Virus record (IMG/VR): IMGVR_UViG_3300017917_001562
Span: 32,001-96,000 of that record
Direction: 5' to 3' (one strand)
Source of the DNA: a virus
Length of the DNA stretch: 64,000 nt
Under the pieces are notes generated by a model. That model was given only the letters and a program-made list of their open reading frames with translations, did not search any database and had not been told where the DNA came from. A program made the position numbers and the translations under genes. The number at the start of each line of letters is the position of its first letter. Position 1 is the first letter of the stretch. Positions 45,581 to 56,190 of the stretch are shown here, piece after piece.

Positions 45581-46533
45581 GCATTAACTGCACAAATTTT
45601 ACCCAATGCTTGATGTCGCTTAGTAGTTGTTAGTATACCGGGTTTTTTGATTTCTACCCAGTGTACATTAGTGCTTGTAGAACGGTATTGAATAATCTCA
45701 AAACCTAGTTTGTCGAAGATACTGTTTAATAATTTTTGAGTAAGATAGCTTTTGTAGCCAGACTCTGCAGCTTCTGCACACTGTACTACATCGCAGTTAT
45801 TGTAACTAAACATCATTACACCCCCAGGTCTTAGTAAATCATAACACTGTTTGAGAGTATGTTTAGTTTCTTTAAAAGGCCAAAAGTTTACAACATTCCA
45901 AGCAAATATAAAACCAAATTGGCCTTGTGGTAGCGCACTATAATCAAATTCTTTAACCCCGTGGGTACCGACAAAGTAAGGTCTAACTCGTCTTCTATAA
46001 ATTTCATTAAATTTACTCAAAGTTGAATCTATAAATTCTTGATGTCTATCCACAATATATAATGGATCACCTGCAACTAAACTTTCGGTCCATTCACCAT
46101 CCCCTGGCCCTATTTCTAAAGTAGGATATTGCCAACTAGTGTAAGATCTTACAACTGTGCCAATCTCTCCCCGCTCGTCACGTGATAAATCTAAAACACG
46201 ATCAGATCTTTCTACAATGTAATTACTCAAACACGGAACCATTGGATTTTTATATGTGTAATCCAATTCCATCATTGTAGCTGTAACTTCAGAAATTTCG
46301 TTATCTATTTCTTTGATTAACTGTAAAATTTGCTCTTGTTGATTTTCAATTTGGTTTTCTATTAGACTTAGAAATTTTATAATTTCATTTAATGATGATT
46401 TATAATTTTCGTGCAATTGTAAATTAAGATTTTTACTAACAGCTGCATCTACACTATTAAGTTCGTGATTTAATGCACCAAATGAAATATTTTGCAAATT
46501 ATTTCTTAAATTAATTAATTCACTTAATTTCAT
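45577..46533 (-). CDS. Class I SAM-dependent methyltransferase with N-terminal coiled coil
   Basis: LEIGPGDG and LLRPGG motifs. Confidence 0.8.
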   Translation of the reverse strand: MKLSELINLRNNLQNISFGALNHELNSVDAAVSKNLNLQLHENYKSSLNEIIKFLSLIENQIENQQEQILQLIKEIDNEISEVTATMMELDYTYKNPMVPCLSNYIVERSDRVLDLSRDERGEIGTVVRSYTSWQYPTLEIGPGDGEWTESLVAGDPLYIVDRHQEFIDSTLSKFNEIYRRRVRPYFVGTHGVKEFDYSALPQGQFGFIFAWNVVNFWPFKETKHTLKQCYDLLRPGGVMMFSYNNCDVVQCAEAAESGYKSYLTQKLLNSIFDKLGFEIIQYRSTSTNVHWVEIKKPGILTTTKRHQALGKICAVNA

Positions 46534-46541
46534 TTGTTATT

Positions 46542-49205
46542 TCACTCAAAGCTAAACAGTGTTGTAAAAGTAGATCTAATGTCAGTGGCTTCGCCTAAGT
46601 TCCATTCCAACACACCCAACAAGTTATCTATCTTTTGGTCAACAATGGTATCTTCCATGTTGTTGTCATCAAATGGCAAGTCTTTAAACCACTGCGGAAT
46701 GTGTGTTTCATCTGTAGGATATGCTACGCTGGTATAACCTAAAGGATTATCTTTGACTTTACAAACAATAACTTTCATACCATCAGTGATAGACAAACTG
46801 TAGTTGTCACTGTGCATACGACGCAGGTTGTTCCAGTTCATGGCTGCACGAACATGTCCTGGCATGTTAGCTTTGCCTAGTCTTACTTCTTCTGCGGTAT
46901 ACTTGGTTAAGTTATTAACACGCTTGGGTGTACCTTTCTCCCACGGCGGCCGCTCTTGGAACTGATATTTAAATTCTTTAATTTTTTCTACAACGGTGTC
47001 ACGATCAATGCCAGTTAGTACATCCAATAAAATTTCACTTAAAAAGTCTTGTACAATCTTTGGTGTATCACTGCGCTTAAGATCTAGGCCCATAGCCTTA
47101 ACTTTACCTGGCTTGCCGTTAACATCCTGTCGCTTGCCTTCTTTATCATAGATAAGAACAGCATAACGCTTTTTCTTAATAAACAGGCCTTTAGTAGCAA
47201 TAAGTTCACGGCCACCTTTAATGATAGCACCGTTTTCTCGGGGACAATGACAGGCTCGTTCCATAAATGCAGGAAAGCTTTCATTGACTTGATCTGCTAT
47301 GTTGTCATAGACCTGTATGGCAATGTCTTTGTTCCATTCCATACGACCTGCTTCTACATCTGCTCTAACAGCAGGCCACGCACTGAAATAAACACTGTCA
47401 GTGTCACCGTATATGATTGCATCCCCTACATGGTCATACTTGCCTGTAATTGCTTCATTGACAAAACTGTCCATGTGTTTAGCAATAGTTCTACCAGTTA
47501 GAGTTGTACTTTGACCAATACGCTGATCAAAGAATCTACAGCCTGGATTTAAAATAGCACCATACAAACTGTTCAAGTTAATTTTCTTAACTAACTGTCG
47601 TTTGTCCCAATATTCTTGATCTTCGGGAGTTGTGGCTTCTTTTAGTTTAGCCTGCATTTGTTTTCGTTCAGCATACCAACGCTCCAACAAACCTGGCACA
47701 ATACCTTTCCGTTCGTAAGTAAAGATAGTACCATTGGCACTTAATGTCCATGGTTTATTGCTGTCAAAGATAATGCGCCAAACATCTGCTGCACTGACAA
47801 TGTCACTGGTACCATCCTGTTCCCAGTCTATGGTAATTTCTACACTGGGATCACCACGCATCACTGCTTCATATTCAAGACTACCAAACAAACCTTCCCA
47901 CGCAGCCGCAAAGCTGTCTCCGGAGGCAATTTTATCTTGAATATACTTTTCAGTCATTATAGGTCTTAATTGACCTACGATTGTTTCCGGTCCCATGTTA
48001 AGGGCTCGAATAGCCGAGGGATAGAGCGAGTTGATGTCAATGGCGCCGATGTACTCGTGCATACCTCTTTTGGGGTAAGCAACATAGGCACCTGCTGCCT
48101 GCGTTTCTCCATCTTCTTCTCTACCTTTCCTGTTAGGTACGACCAATCCTTGCCTGTGTGCTTCATTGATAATTGCCTGTTCTGTAGTTGCTACGGCACC
48201 CAATGTTGTCTGCAATAACACCGTGTTATCGTGAGCAATGGTATTTGCCAAATCTAAGAAACGAAGTTTCTTATCCAGTTTCGCTATCAAGCGAGTATCT
48301 TGTCTGTTATACACTAAAAACTTTTCAAAGTCTTTGTTGTATAATTGATCTAGTGTACCTTCATAAGGTGTCTTTCTTTCGTCAAGTTCGTATTCGCCAA
48401 TGGCATCCAAACTATAACTATGCCGTTCTTCGTATGTATATTTGCGATACAACTGCATATAGTCCATATGCACACGACCAATTAAGTCAAAGGTTGTATT
48501 AACAGCACCAAATCGTTCAAACTCTCGTTGCTTGGGAAACTGACCCCACAAACACATACGGCGTGTATCGTCTTTACTCAGCACACGAGTAATACGGCCA
48601 ATGGTATATGGAATGTCATAGCCTTCACTGTTCCAACCCGTTAAAATGTCTGCGTCATCGATCAAGTTTAAGAATGTGTCCAGCATATCCTCTTCACGGT
48701 CGAAGATATAACAGTTATCAAACTTAGCACAGATTTCTTCAGCAGTGGCCCAGCTCATTGATTTGGGAGGAATGGCCAGCGTGACTAATTTGTCTAACCA
48801 ATCTAAATAAACAGATATAGCGGTAATGTTATTGAATGGATCAGTTGTTGGTGCAAAGCCTCGTTCAGGGTCAAAGTTTGCTTCAATGTCAAAAAACGCT
48901 ACATTTAGTTTAGGAGGCTCAGCACCTAAATAGTTTTCTTCAAGACACCTGAATACAGGCTTAAAGTCACTTTCCCAAAGCCTTTTACCGCTTTGTACTC
49001 TAAGTTCTTTTTGGAATTCTTTGCCGTTGCGTGTGGCAAATCTAGTTACCGGAGTACCGTAGATGGTACGATGTTTACCTCGGGGGTCATCATAATAAAA
49101 CACATAGTTAGCGGGATATTCTTGGTACTGTCTTTGACCGTTTATCCGTTCAACTACATGGATTCTATCACGCTGTTTGTCAAATAATGCGTCAATGTAG
49201 GACAT
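46542..49205 (-). CDS. Family B DNA polymerase (gp43-like)
   Basis: DIE exonuclease, DINSLYPS, KINLNSLYG, YGDTDS and KKRYA motifs. Confidence 0.96.
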   Translation of the reverse strand: MSYIDALFDKQRDRIHVVERINGQRQYQEYPANYVFYYDDPRGKHRTIYGTPVTRFATRNGKEFQKELRVQSGKRLWESDFKPVFRCLEENYLGAEPPKLNVAFFDIEANFDPERGFAPTTDPFNNITAISVYLDWLDKLVTLAIPPKSMSWATAEEICAKFDNCYIFDREEDMLDTFLNLIDDADILTGWNSEGYDIPYTIGRITRVLSKDDTRRMCLWGQFPKQREFERFGAVNTTFDLIGRVHMDYMQLYRKYTYEERHSYSLDAIGEYELDERKTPYEGTLDQLYNKDFEKFLVYNRQDTRLIAKLDKKLRFLDLANTIAHDNTVLLQTTLGAVATTEQAIINEAHRQGLVVPNRKGREEDGETQAAGAYVAYPKRGMHEYIGAIDINSLYPSAIRALNMGPETIVGQLRPIMTEKYIQDKIASGDSFAAAWEGLFGSLEYEAVMRGDPSVEITIDWEQDGTSDIVSAADVWRIIFDSNKPWTLSANGTIFTYERKGIVPGLLERWYAERKQMQAKLKEATTPEDQEYWDKRQLVKKINLNSLYGAILNPGCRFFDQRIGQSTTLTGRTIAKHMDSFVNEAITGKYDHVGDAIIYGDTDSVYFSAWPAVRADVEAGRMEWNKDIAIQVYDNIADQVNESFPAFMERACHCPRENGAIIKGGRELIATKGLFIKKKRYAVLIYDKEGKRQDVNGKPGKVKAMGLDLKRSDTPKIVQDFLSEILLDVLTGIDRDTVVEKIKEFKYQFQERPPWEKGTPKRVNNLTKYTAEEVRLGKANMPGHVRAAMNWNNLRRMHSDNYSLSITDGMKVIVCKVKDNPLGYTSVAYPTDETHIPQWFKDLPFDDNNMEDTIVDQKIDNLLGVLEWNLGEATDIRSTFTTLFSFE

Positions 49206-49509
49206 AAGTTTGTAATATTAACTTAATTAGGCCAGTACTGTCAATGGTTGCTAACAATACATAATTGCCAAATATACCAAAACTACCGCGGCTGTAAGCA
49301 CAGCCTGCACTGATTGTACAACCAATAATAAAGGCCGCATAAAGTGGGATAAATGGTAAGTTGGGAACTGTGATAGCATAGGTAAGACTGCAACCAATGC
49401 TGATTGCCCATGCTATCATTTCAAACACAAATCTTACTTTATGACTGCGCCAATCATTAACAATAAATTCTTTGGCACCAGCCCACCAGCTTTTAACGCT
49501 TTCGGTCAA
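49192..49509 (-). CDS. Small membrane protein
   Basis: Three hydrophobic segments. Confidence 0.65.
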   Translation of the reverse strand: MTESVKSWWAGAKEFIVNDWRSHKVRFVFEMIAWAISIGCSLTYAITVPNLPFIPLYAAFIIGCTISAGCAYSRGSFGIFGNYVLLATIDSTGLIKLILQTYVLH

Positions 49510-49778
49510 AGAGTTTTTCCTACAGTTTCAAGAATAGTATTCAATTCATCGTGGTCGCGATTGGTTTCGCCTAGCTTGGCTTTATGTGCAATCTTAATTG
49601 CTTTTTTCAGTGTGGCCGGTTTAATTTCTAGTTCTTCGGCAATGGCCTTAATGGTTTCATTAAGACCCTCGTTAAGGGTATCAACTTCTTGAAGCACGGT
49701 CATGCCTTCTGTAATTAATTGCGTCAATTTGATTTTGGCTTCGCCGTTGAAGCTGCGTGAGTATCCAGAGTCTGACAT
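49506..49778 (-). CDS. T4 DsbA/GapR-like dsDNA-binding protein
   Basis: Short helical protein, IKAIAEELEIKP--LKKAIK. Confidence 0.55.
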   Translation of the reverse strand: MSDSGYSRSFNGEAKIKLTQLITEGMTVLQEVDTLNEGLNETIKAIAEELEIKPATLKKAIKIAHKAKLGETNRDHDELNTILETVGKTL

Positions 49779-49838
49779 ATTAGATCCTTTATAAAAATGT
49801 TATTGTAAATTATTGAAAAGTAAAAATCAATTTAATTG

Positions 49839-49918
49839 GATAAATATTAGTGTAGTTCGCGGAGCGGGAACTCCCAACTACTCTATGATTGAAAGGAATC
49901 ACAGCATGAATATTTATT
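49839..49918 (+). promoter_or_regulatory. TAAATA promoter plus structured leader of endonuclease gene
   Basis: Stems GTAGTT/AACTAC, GGAG/CTCC and TGATT/AATCA. Confidence 0.65.
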
Positions 49919-50496
49919 TTAAACCCACCTACCTGTATATTAAACAACACAACATAACAGGATTGAAATACTTTGGGAAAACAGTTAAACTTGATGTGTT
50001 TAAGTATAAAGGATCGGGTAAACATTGGTCGAGACATTTAAAGAAATACGGTAATGATGTTACTACTGTTTGGCACCAACTTTTTCACAATAAAGAAGAA
50101 TTAGTTGAATTTGCTACTAAGTTTTCTATAGATAACGACATTGTGAATTCCCCGCAGTGGGCCAACTTAAAAATAGAAGATGGGTTATGGGGTGGTGGGG
50201 TAAAAGGTATAAAACTAAAGCCCATGTCTCTGGAACATAAAGCAAAGTTATCAGAGTCGGTTAAAAATGCATACGAGAAAAAAGGTTGCAAAATAAAAGA
50301 CAGAACTCCCCTTGTTATCAAAACTAAAGTTAAAAAAGTAGGATGGACTTGGGAAAAGGAAAGTAAAGAAAGGCACTCATTGCGTCAATTGGGAATTCCA
50401 AAAAGACGAATGTGTTGTGTACATTGCAAAAAAGAAGGTAGCATAGCTAATATTCTTCAATGGCACGGTGATAAATGTAAAATGAACCCTGTTTAG
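49906..50496 (+). CDS. Seg/GIY-YIG-like homing endonuclease
   Basis: YLYIKQHNITGLKYFGKT, YKGSG-W, ANL--EDG, CVHC...WH. Confidence 0.8.
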   Translation: MNIYFKPTYLYIKQHNITGLKYFGKTVKLDVFKYKGSGKHWSRHLKKYGNDVTTVWHQLFHNKEELVEFATKFSIDNDIVNSPQWANLKIEDGLWGGGVKGIKLKPMSLEHKAKLSESVKNAYEKKGCKIKDRTPLVIKTKVKKVGWTWEKESKERHSLRQLGIPKRRMCCVHCKKEGSIANILQWHGDKCKMNPV

Positions 50497-50560
50497 TATA
50501 ACAAGTAGCGAATTTGTTATACTAGGCGCGGGTTCCCGCCTACCCGGTCCTAAGGCCAAG
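50494..50560. terminator. Structured intergenic region between convergent genes (terminator or ncRNA)
   Basis: TAGTATAACAA/TTGTTATACTA and TAGGCG/CGCCTA inverted repeats. Confidence 0.5.
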
Positions 50561-50562
50561 GT

Positions 50563-51678
50563 CTATTTGCTCAATAATATATTTAATTCAGGCCAAAGTT
50601 CTTGAAAACTATATTTTGGTATAATGACCTGTTCCATTTGTTGTATCCAATCTAAAAATCGTTTTGATTTAGTGGAGTCTTCAATATCATCTAATAAACT
50701 TTGTTTTACACCAGTTAAAAAAATATCATCAAATCCCAAACTATCTATTTCTTGTACAGCTAAATCTCTTATTGGTTTACTGTGTCCAAATGATAAAAAA
50801 CTATCTGTAGATAAATTATATGGATCATTGCTAGCAAGTCCTAATTGCCAATTAACTCTTAAATTGCCTTTGCTGTCAGCAAATTCATATAATTCTTTTA
50901 ATCTTGTTGCATTGAAAATAGTATATACTGGGTGTAAAGTAACATTGTTGGTTGTAAAATCTATTTTAAGTTGCTGGATATTTTTACATAGTAAATCCCA
51001 ATCACCGCCTGCCCTTACATATTCAAATCGATCTTCTATATTATCAAAACTTAAATTCCAATAAGTTTTTGGAAAGTTTAAAAGTTTTTCATAGATTTTG
51101 TTTTTTGTCAAATCAACACTACCGTTTGTAAGTACATCAATTTTAACATGTTTAGGCAACATATCTAACAATCGTATATTGTTTTTTTGCAGTAAGGGCT
51201 CGCCACCTAACAAATAAACACATTCAATTGTATCTAAGTTTTCTTCTATTAGGTCAAATAATGATTCTGTGTAATCTCTATTAACAGATTCTATAGGTAA
51301 GTTTCTTATTTTTCGCCATTCGCTGCTGTCATGTGTGTTACAATACCTGCAAGTTAAATTGCAGACATTGCTCCAGCGGATATCAATTAGTTTTAATTTT
51401 CTATATTCTTGTCGAGGAAATTGATCATTGAATGCTGACCATTGGCTACTGCCTGGTGCTGTTGATTCTATGCTATAACAACCTGAACAATAGTTATTTG
51501 CTTTACCATTCTTTAGATCATGTTGTAGTTGAATAAATTTGCTTTTTTGAAAAATTTGCTGTACAGGTTCTTGCCTTACACTACCCAAAGGCACCGACCC
51601 ACTACAGCATAAACCAACATAGCCGTTCACAGACACGAACAGCCCTGTGTCTACAGCACTACAGTAATAATCTTTCAT
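50563..51678 (-). CDS. Radical SAM protein with twitch/SPASM domain
   Basis: N-terminal CC...C--C; CNLTCRYC; GGEP; TNG. Confidence 0.85.
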   Translation of the reverse strand: MKDYYCSAVDTGLFVSVNGYVGLCCSGSVPLGSVRQEPVQQIFQKSKFIQLQHDLKNGKANNYCSGCYSIESTAPGSSQWSAFNDQFPRQEYRKLKLIDIRWSNVCNLTCRYCNTHDSSEWRKIRNLPIESVNRDYTESLFDLIEENLDTIECVYLLGGEPLLQKNNIRLLDMLPKHVKIDVLTNGSVDLTKNKIYEKLLNFPKTYWNLSFDNIEDRFEYVRAGGDWDLLCKNIQQLKIDFTTNNVTLHPVYTIFNATRLKELYEFADSKGNLRVNWQLGLASNDPYNLSTDSFLSFGHSKPIRDLAVQEIDSLGFDDIFLTGVKQSLLDDIEDSTKSKRFLDWIQQMEQVIIPKYSFQELWPELNILLSK

Positions 51679-51681
51679 TAA

Positions 51682-52116
51682 TTATTTAAGACTGGCTCTC
51701 AGCATCCAACCATGTTTTTGGTGTGCGTCTAGTCTTTCAGCTAAAAAGTTGCTGAGACCGTGTTGACCTTCGCGTTCTGCTAGGTCGTAGACCAATTTGA
51801 TTACCTTAAGAATCTTATCGTTGTCAGCAAGTAATTCTGCAACCATTTGATCCTTGGGCAACACATCAGTTTCATCTTCAATTTGGGTAAGCATACTTAA
51901 GCGTGTATAACTACCGGGAGTATAGCTGCCTAGTTTACGAATGTTTTCAGCAAAAGAATCAATACTGCCATACACTTCTTCGTAAATTTTACCAAACAAG
52001 TCATGATACTCTAAAAAGTCTGAACCTTCTACATTCCAATGAAAGTAGTGTGCTTTTAGATAAAAACTAAATTCTGTGCTGAATGCAATTTTCATTGCTT
52101 TTACTAATTCGTCCAT
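51682..52116 (-). CDS. dps: Dps DNA-protecting ferritin-like protein
   Basis: HWNVEG-F-EYH, D--AE and K--WML motifs. Confidence 0.92.
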   Translation of the reverse strand: MDELVKAMKIAFSTEFSFYLKAHYFHWNVEGSDFLEYHDLFGKIYEEVYGSIDSFAENIRKLGSYTPGSYTRLSMLTQIEDETDVLPKDQMVAELLADNDKILKVIKLVYDLAEREGQHGLSNFLAERLDAHQKHGWMLRASLK

Positions 52117-52117
52117 T

Positions 52118-52546
52118 TTATTCTGCCTTTTTATTCTTGTCTTTTTCAGTTATGGGTCCGCCTGTGATCCAAGCTCTACAACTTCTTGCACCTGCACATT
52201 TGAAGTGCAAAAAGTTACAATAACCAATGTCAGCAATATTTATGCTGGCATTAGCATCTATGTTTGGTTCATCACCTTTGATACCATTGGCTATGCATTC
52301 GCGCATACTGTCGCTGACATCAAAGGCCGCACAGTTTGCACACTGCATGGTTTTTGCAATAGCTTCTGTAACTTTAAATCCTTTTGCAGCTTTTTTCCAA
52401 TAGTCGCCGGGATTATCAGGGTTAGCAGGACCATAATTATATTCATCTATGGCCTTTTGTCTATTTTTAAGATTAATATCTATGTTATGAGTAGCTACAG
52501 GACAATTCTTTGTAGCTGCTTCCATGATCTGTATATAATTACGCAT
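52118..52546 (-). CDS. Cys-rich hypothetical protein
   Basis: CANC...GYC---FKC---RSC--W; [10 protein letters not shown]-terminus. Confidence 0.7.
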   Translation of the reverse strand: MRNYIQIMEAATKNCPVATHNIDINLKNRQKAIDEYNYGPANPDNPGDYWKKAAKGFKVTEAIAKTMQCANCAAFDVSDSMRECIANGIKGDEPNIDANASINIADIGYCNFLHFKCAGARSCRAWITGGPITEKDKNKKAE

Positions 52547-55500
52547 ATTTACGACCTTTGCGAGGTAAACTACCAATTGGACTGGTAGCGTTTTCGTCAC
52601 CAATGGTACTAGCACGACCAGTAAAGTCACTTATCCTAACTTCTTTTAATTTAACTTCCTTAATCTTAGGAATGCCAAATGCTCGTTGTGCTTCTAATAC
52701 AGCAGCAGGACCTTGCGATTCTGTTATGTACCAGCCTTGGCTATCTTGTGTCATTTTAAAATCATTGCGTAAACTTGCAGTGTCTGTGGCTTTGGGTGTA
52801 AAATAAAATCTTGTTTCTACTACACCTTGTGGTGCTTGTTGTGCTTGAACAGCCTGTTGAGGATTTTGACGGAGCATTTGTGGGGCCATTGTAGCTATGT
52901 TTTGAGCATTAGGATTAGGTGCAGTTACTGCATTTACAACTTGGTTAATTAAACTATCATGTTGTTCTAGCTCTTGATAAACATGTTCGTTTTCTTGATC
53001 AAGTTGATCTAATTTTGGTTTTACACTATTAGCTAAAGCTGAATTTAAATTATCAATCTCTGCATTTAATTTTTCAATTTGTGCTGTATAATCTTTAACT
53101 TGACCAACTCGAGCCTGTGCTGTTTTTGCAGCCGCTTCTGCATCTTTAAACTGTTGTTCTAATTTTTCAATTGCTTTAGCATCAACAGTTTCACCTTGCT
53201 GAACAGCCGCAATGGCCTTTTCTAGTTCTGCAATTTTATCAGCTGATACACCGGTGCCCTGTTTGTTTTGCATACGCTGTTCTAAGTCAGCGATCTGACG
53301 CTCTAGTGTAGCAGTAGCTTCGGGATCAATGTCAGGTGTGGCCTTAAGTTGATCCAGTTGTTGAGCTAGTGTTTGTAACTGAGCTTTACTGGCCTGTTGC
53401 TTTACTTTTTCTTTTTCTAATTCGCCGCGATGCTTGGTAAGTTCCTTGCTAGTAATTTCACCTTGTTCAGCACCAATGTCTGCTCGTTCACCTGCAGCCT
53501 GCAACTCTGATTTTAATTCTTTATTATAAGCCTTGGTCTTTTCTAATTCTTTGAACAATGCCACAGCCACTTGTTGTTCGGGAGGTACACCACTCAGTCT
53601 TTGTCCTTGTACAAAATTCATCATCTTTTGATAATCTTGTGAAGGGGAAGCTTTGGCTTCGTTGGTTTTCTTTTTATTGCCCCAGTTTGCTGCACCTTTT
53701 TTACGGCACTGTACTAAGGCACCTGATGCATAAGCACTTGGCCATACTTTGTAACGGCTTTTAACTTTGTGATAGCAAGCGTCTTGTTTTTCAGCTAAGA
53801 TTAAATTACTAAATGCTGGACCACCACACTCTGGACAAGTTTGTTGAGCTTCTGCCACATCTTGTTGTCTACGATGAAGTGTAACTTTATGTTCACCAGG
53901 CGTTTCTTTCCTCCATTTTTGTGCGGCACCTAAACTATCAAACTTCGGACCTGGTTGAAACTCTCCGTTTTTGTCTTTGGTATGACCACGATAGTAATGT
54001 TCTTCATCGTATGCATCTGCGTTAAATCCTTCCGCTACACCTTGCTGACCTGTTACAGCCTGCAATAGTGCTCTTGCAACTACACGATCTTTTTCCTGTT
54101 CGTCGTTGTCTAGTTCAGAATAACTAATTTTCATTAGTTTAGCTCTTTGCTGTAGTTTAGCTTCAAGTTTTCCCGCTTGACGAAGTTTTTCGGTATCGTC
54201 AAATTGATCAGGGTCTTGAACAAATCTCAGTGCTGTGGTATTCCAACCTTTGTGAATTGCGTCTGCAATAGCTTCAATGTCTGTTACACCAGCATCAATC
54301 ATTTTTTTAGCATAAGCAGCAGATTGAAGATTGGCTTGCCATCCAAAATTGTTGCCAGGTGTGCTACGACCATAACCATATGCTTGGTCCAAGGCTGCAT
54401 CGCTGACAGCAGCTAACTGCTGTATAGATAAACTATTAGCGTTTTCTGTCATTGGGCTTTCTACTGGTTCTGCTGAAGTAACTGATATAATTATTCCACG
54501 CCTCTTAAACTTCTTTATTGTTTTGGCTATTGCTTCTTCTTTTGAATCTGCTTTAGTTTTGGTAGAACTATGAATTGGTTGTCCAACCTGTGTATTCCAT
54601 TGAAAGTTAACTTTCCAAATTGGGGCAGTGTCTACAGCCACAGTGGGTTTAGCTTGAAGCAATGCATCTTGTTGTTTTGGTGGCAACGATAAAAACTCAG
54701 TTAGTTTCATCTTCTTGCCATTAATTGTTACAAGGTTCTGTCCACCACCCGCAGTGCCACCTTCGTATTTGATCCACTCCAGTGCAGGGCTTTTTACAAT
54801 AAAACTGGTTAAGAAGAATGGTTTTGGATCGTTTCGGTTAGGCGCAAGATAAGATCTTCTGGCAGGATATGTCATTGCGTCAATATGTGTAAACTTCATG
54901 CCGTTTCGTGCAAGAATGCTTGATAGTGTATCGTAGTGGTTTTGTTGGACTTTACTAAAAGTATATGTGTCAGGTTTGCCAGAATACTGTGTTGCACCAG
55001 GACTGTATATGCTGCCTTCCGCCACACCTTGCTCGAACGATTTGAACACAGAACGAGCAACTGCTTTAACCTGTTCTGGAGAAAGTTTTTTACCTAGTTG
55101 CTCCTGGGCTTGTTGATAGATGTCTTTGATATCTGGATTGTTGAAATCGTCTTCGTAGTCCCAATATGTAAAGGACACTTTGTTACCATCTACATCAAGC
55201 ACATACACCATTTGATCTAAATCGTAATCTTGCTTGACAATGGCAACGCCTTCCGCCACACCTTGCGTCAGGAATGATTGCAAAGCGTCGGATCTGCTAG
55301 GATGTTTTAGTTTTCGAAGTGCCTTTGCTTCAATCTGTCTAATTCTTTCGTTAGATACTCCTAATTTTCTGGCAACATCGGCTAATGACATATCATCATA
55401 GAATCTCATGTCGATGACTGTTTTTTCAGTATCAGTTAAAGTGGACATCTGTTTGGCCATCACACGCTGCAATTCTGCTTGGTCATACTTGTCGTTGGGA

Positions 55501-56186
55501 TCATAAGGTTCGTCGTATTTTGTATCATATCGATCGGCATTGTGCACCGGATCTTGCGGGTCCAGTGTAGGCATCTTATTTTTTGCACCCTTATATGTTG
55601 CGCCGTTTGGATTGTATCGTGATATCTGTTGATTAGGATTTGCTTCCGCCACACCTTCATTGGATTTTTTCTTTGTAGCAACATTGATCGCCGCACCACT
55701 ACGCTCAGGATTTGGGTCTTCTCTGCGCTTTTTAGCAGCCGCATACTTACGGCCTTTTTTGCCTAGTGCATGTGCCTTGGCCTGTGGTAAACATTTTGGT
55801 TTACCTTCACTGCTATCGCCTCTAGCACAACTACCACGAATTTCGCCATCAGGTCCAAAACGAACCCACTTTTCTTTAAACCACTTGCGTAGATTTTCTG
55901 TAACAGGTGCTGACGAGTCTGGTTCTAAATCATTTGTACGGTCACCGCGGTAGTTTTCTAAATTGTTGACAATTTCATCAACAGCCATATCAACATCACT
56001 CATGCTGTGAATGTCATCTGCTTCCTCAGCATAATCAATAATAGCATCACCCACTACTTCATGCCCATAACGAGTAATTGCTTCGGGATATTTTTGTTGT
56101 AAGCCGTTAAACAATATCTCAGCCAAATCAATGGGACTGATATTTTCAAATAGTTTATTGTTATTATATAAATCGTTTAAAAACAT
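52539..56186 (-). CDS. Large modular protein, probable capsid-internal polyprotein with sigma70 region 4 module and coiled coil
   Basis: Five (Q/E)(G/D)VAE linkers; [14 protein letters not shown] motif. Confidence 0.75.
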   Translation of the reverse strand: MFLNDLYNNNKLFENISPIDLAEILFNGLQQKYPEAITRYGHEVVGDAIIDYAEEADDIHSMSDVDMAVDEIVNNLENYRGDRTNDLEPDSSAPVTENLRKWFKEKWVRFGPDGEIRGSCARGDSSEGKPKCLPQAKAHALGKKGRKYAAAKKRREDPNPERSGAAINVATKKKSNEGVAEANPNQQISRYNPNGATYKGAKNKMPTLDPQDPVHNADRYDTKYDEPYDPNDKYDQAELQRVMAKQMSTLTDTEKTVIDMRFYDDMSLADVARKLGVSNERIRQIEAKALRKLKHPSRSDALQSFLTQGVAEGVAIVKQDYDLDQMVYVLDVDGNKVSFTYWDYEDDFNNPDIKDIYQQAQEQLGKKLSPEQVKAVARSVFKSFEQGVAEGSIYSPGATQYSGKPDTYTFSKVQQNHYDTLSSILARNGMKFTHIDAMTYPARRSYLAPNRNDPKPFFLTSFIVKSPALEWIKYEGGTAGGGQNLVTINGKKMKLTEFLSLPPKQQDALLQAKPTVAVDTAPIWKVNFQWNTQVGQPIHSSTKTKADSKEEAIAKTIKKFKRRGIIISVTSAEPVESPMTENANSLSIQQLAAVSDAALDQAYGYGRSTPGNNFGWQANLQSAAYAKKMIDAGVTDIEAIADAIHKGWNTTALRFVQDPDQFDDTEKLRQAGKLEAKLQQRAKLMKISYSELDNDEQEKDRVVARALLQAVTGQQGVAEGFNADAYDEEHYYRGHTKDKNGEFQPGPKFDSLGAAQKWRKETPGEHKVTLHRRQQDVAEAQQTCPECGGPAFSNLILAEKQDACYHKVKSRYKVWPSAYASGALVQCRKKGAANWGNKKKTNEAKASPSQDYQKMMNFVQGQRLSGVPPEQQVAVALFKELEKTKAYNKELKSELQAAGERADIGAEQGEITSKELTKHRGELEKEKVKQQASKAQLQTLAQQLDQLKATPDIDPEATATLERQIADLEQRMQNKQGTGVSADKIAELEKAIAAVQQGETVDAKAIEKLEQQFKDAEAAAKTAQARVGQVKDYTAQIEKLNAEIDNLNSALANSVKPKLDQLDQENEHVYQELEQHDSLINQVVNAVTAPNPNAQNIATMAPQMLRQNPQQAVQAQQAPQGVVETRFYFTPKATDTASLRNDFKMTQDSQGWYITESQGPAAVLEAQRAFGIPKIKEVKLKEVRISDFTGRASTIGDENATSPIGSLPRKGRKYA
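53848..55658 (-). repeat. Five copies of 17-bp linker CAAGGTGTGGCGGAAGG (QGVAEG)
   Basis: + strand positions 53848, 54028, 55015, 55249, 55642; 19 bp identical between 55014 and 55248. Confidence 0.9.
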
Positions 56187-56190
56187 CTCG

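Noticed and set aside
46542-49205. Intein or split in the DNA polymerase
   Set aside because: Length (887 aa) and motif spacing are normal; no intein signatures.
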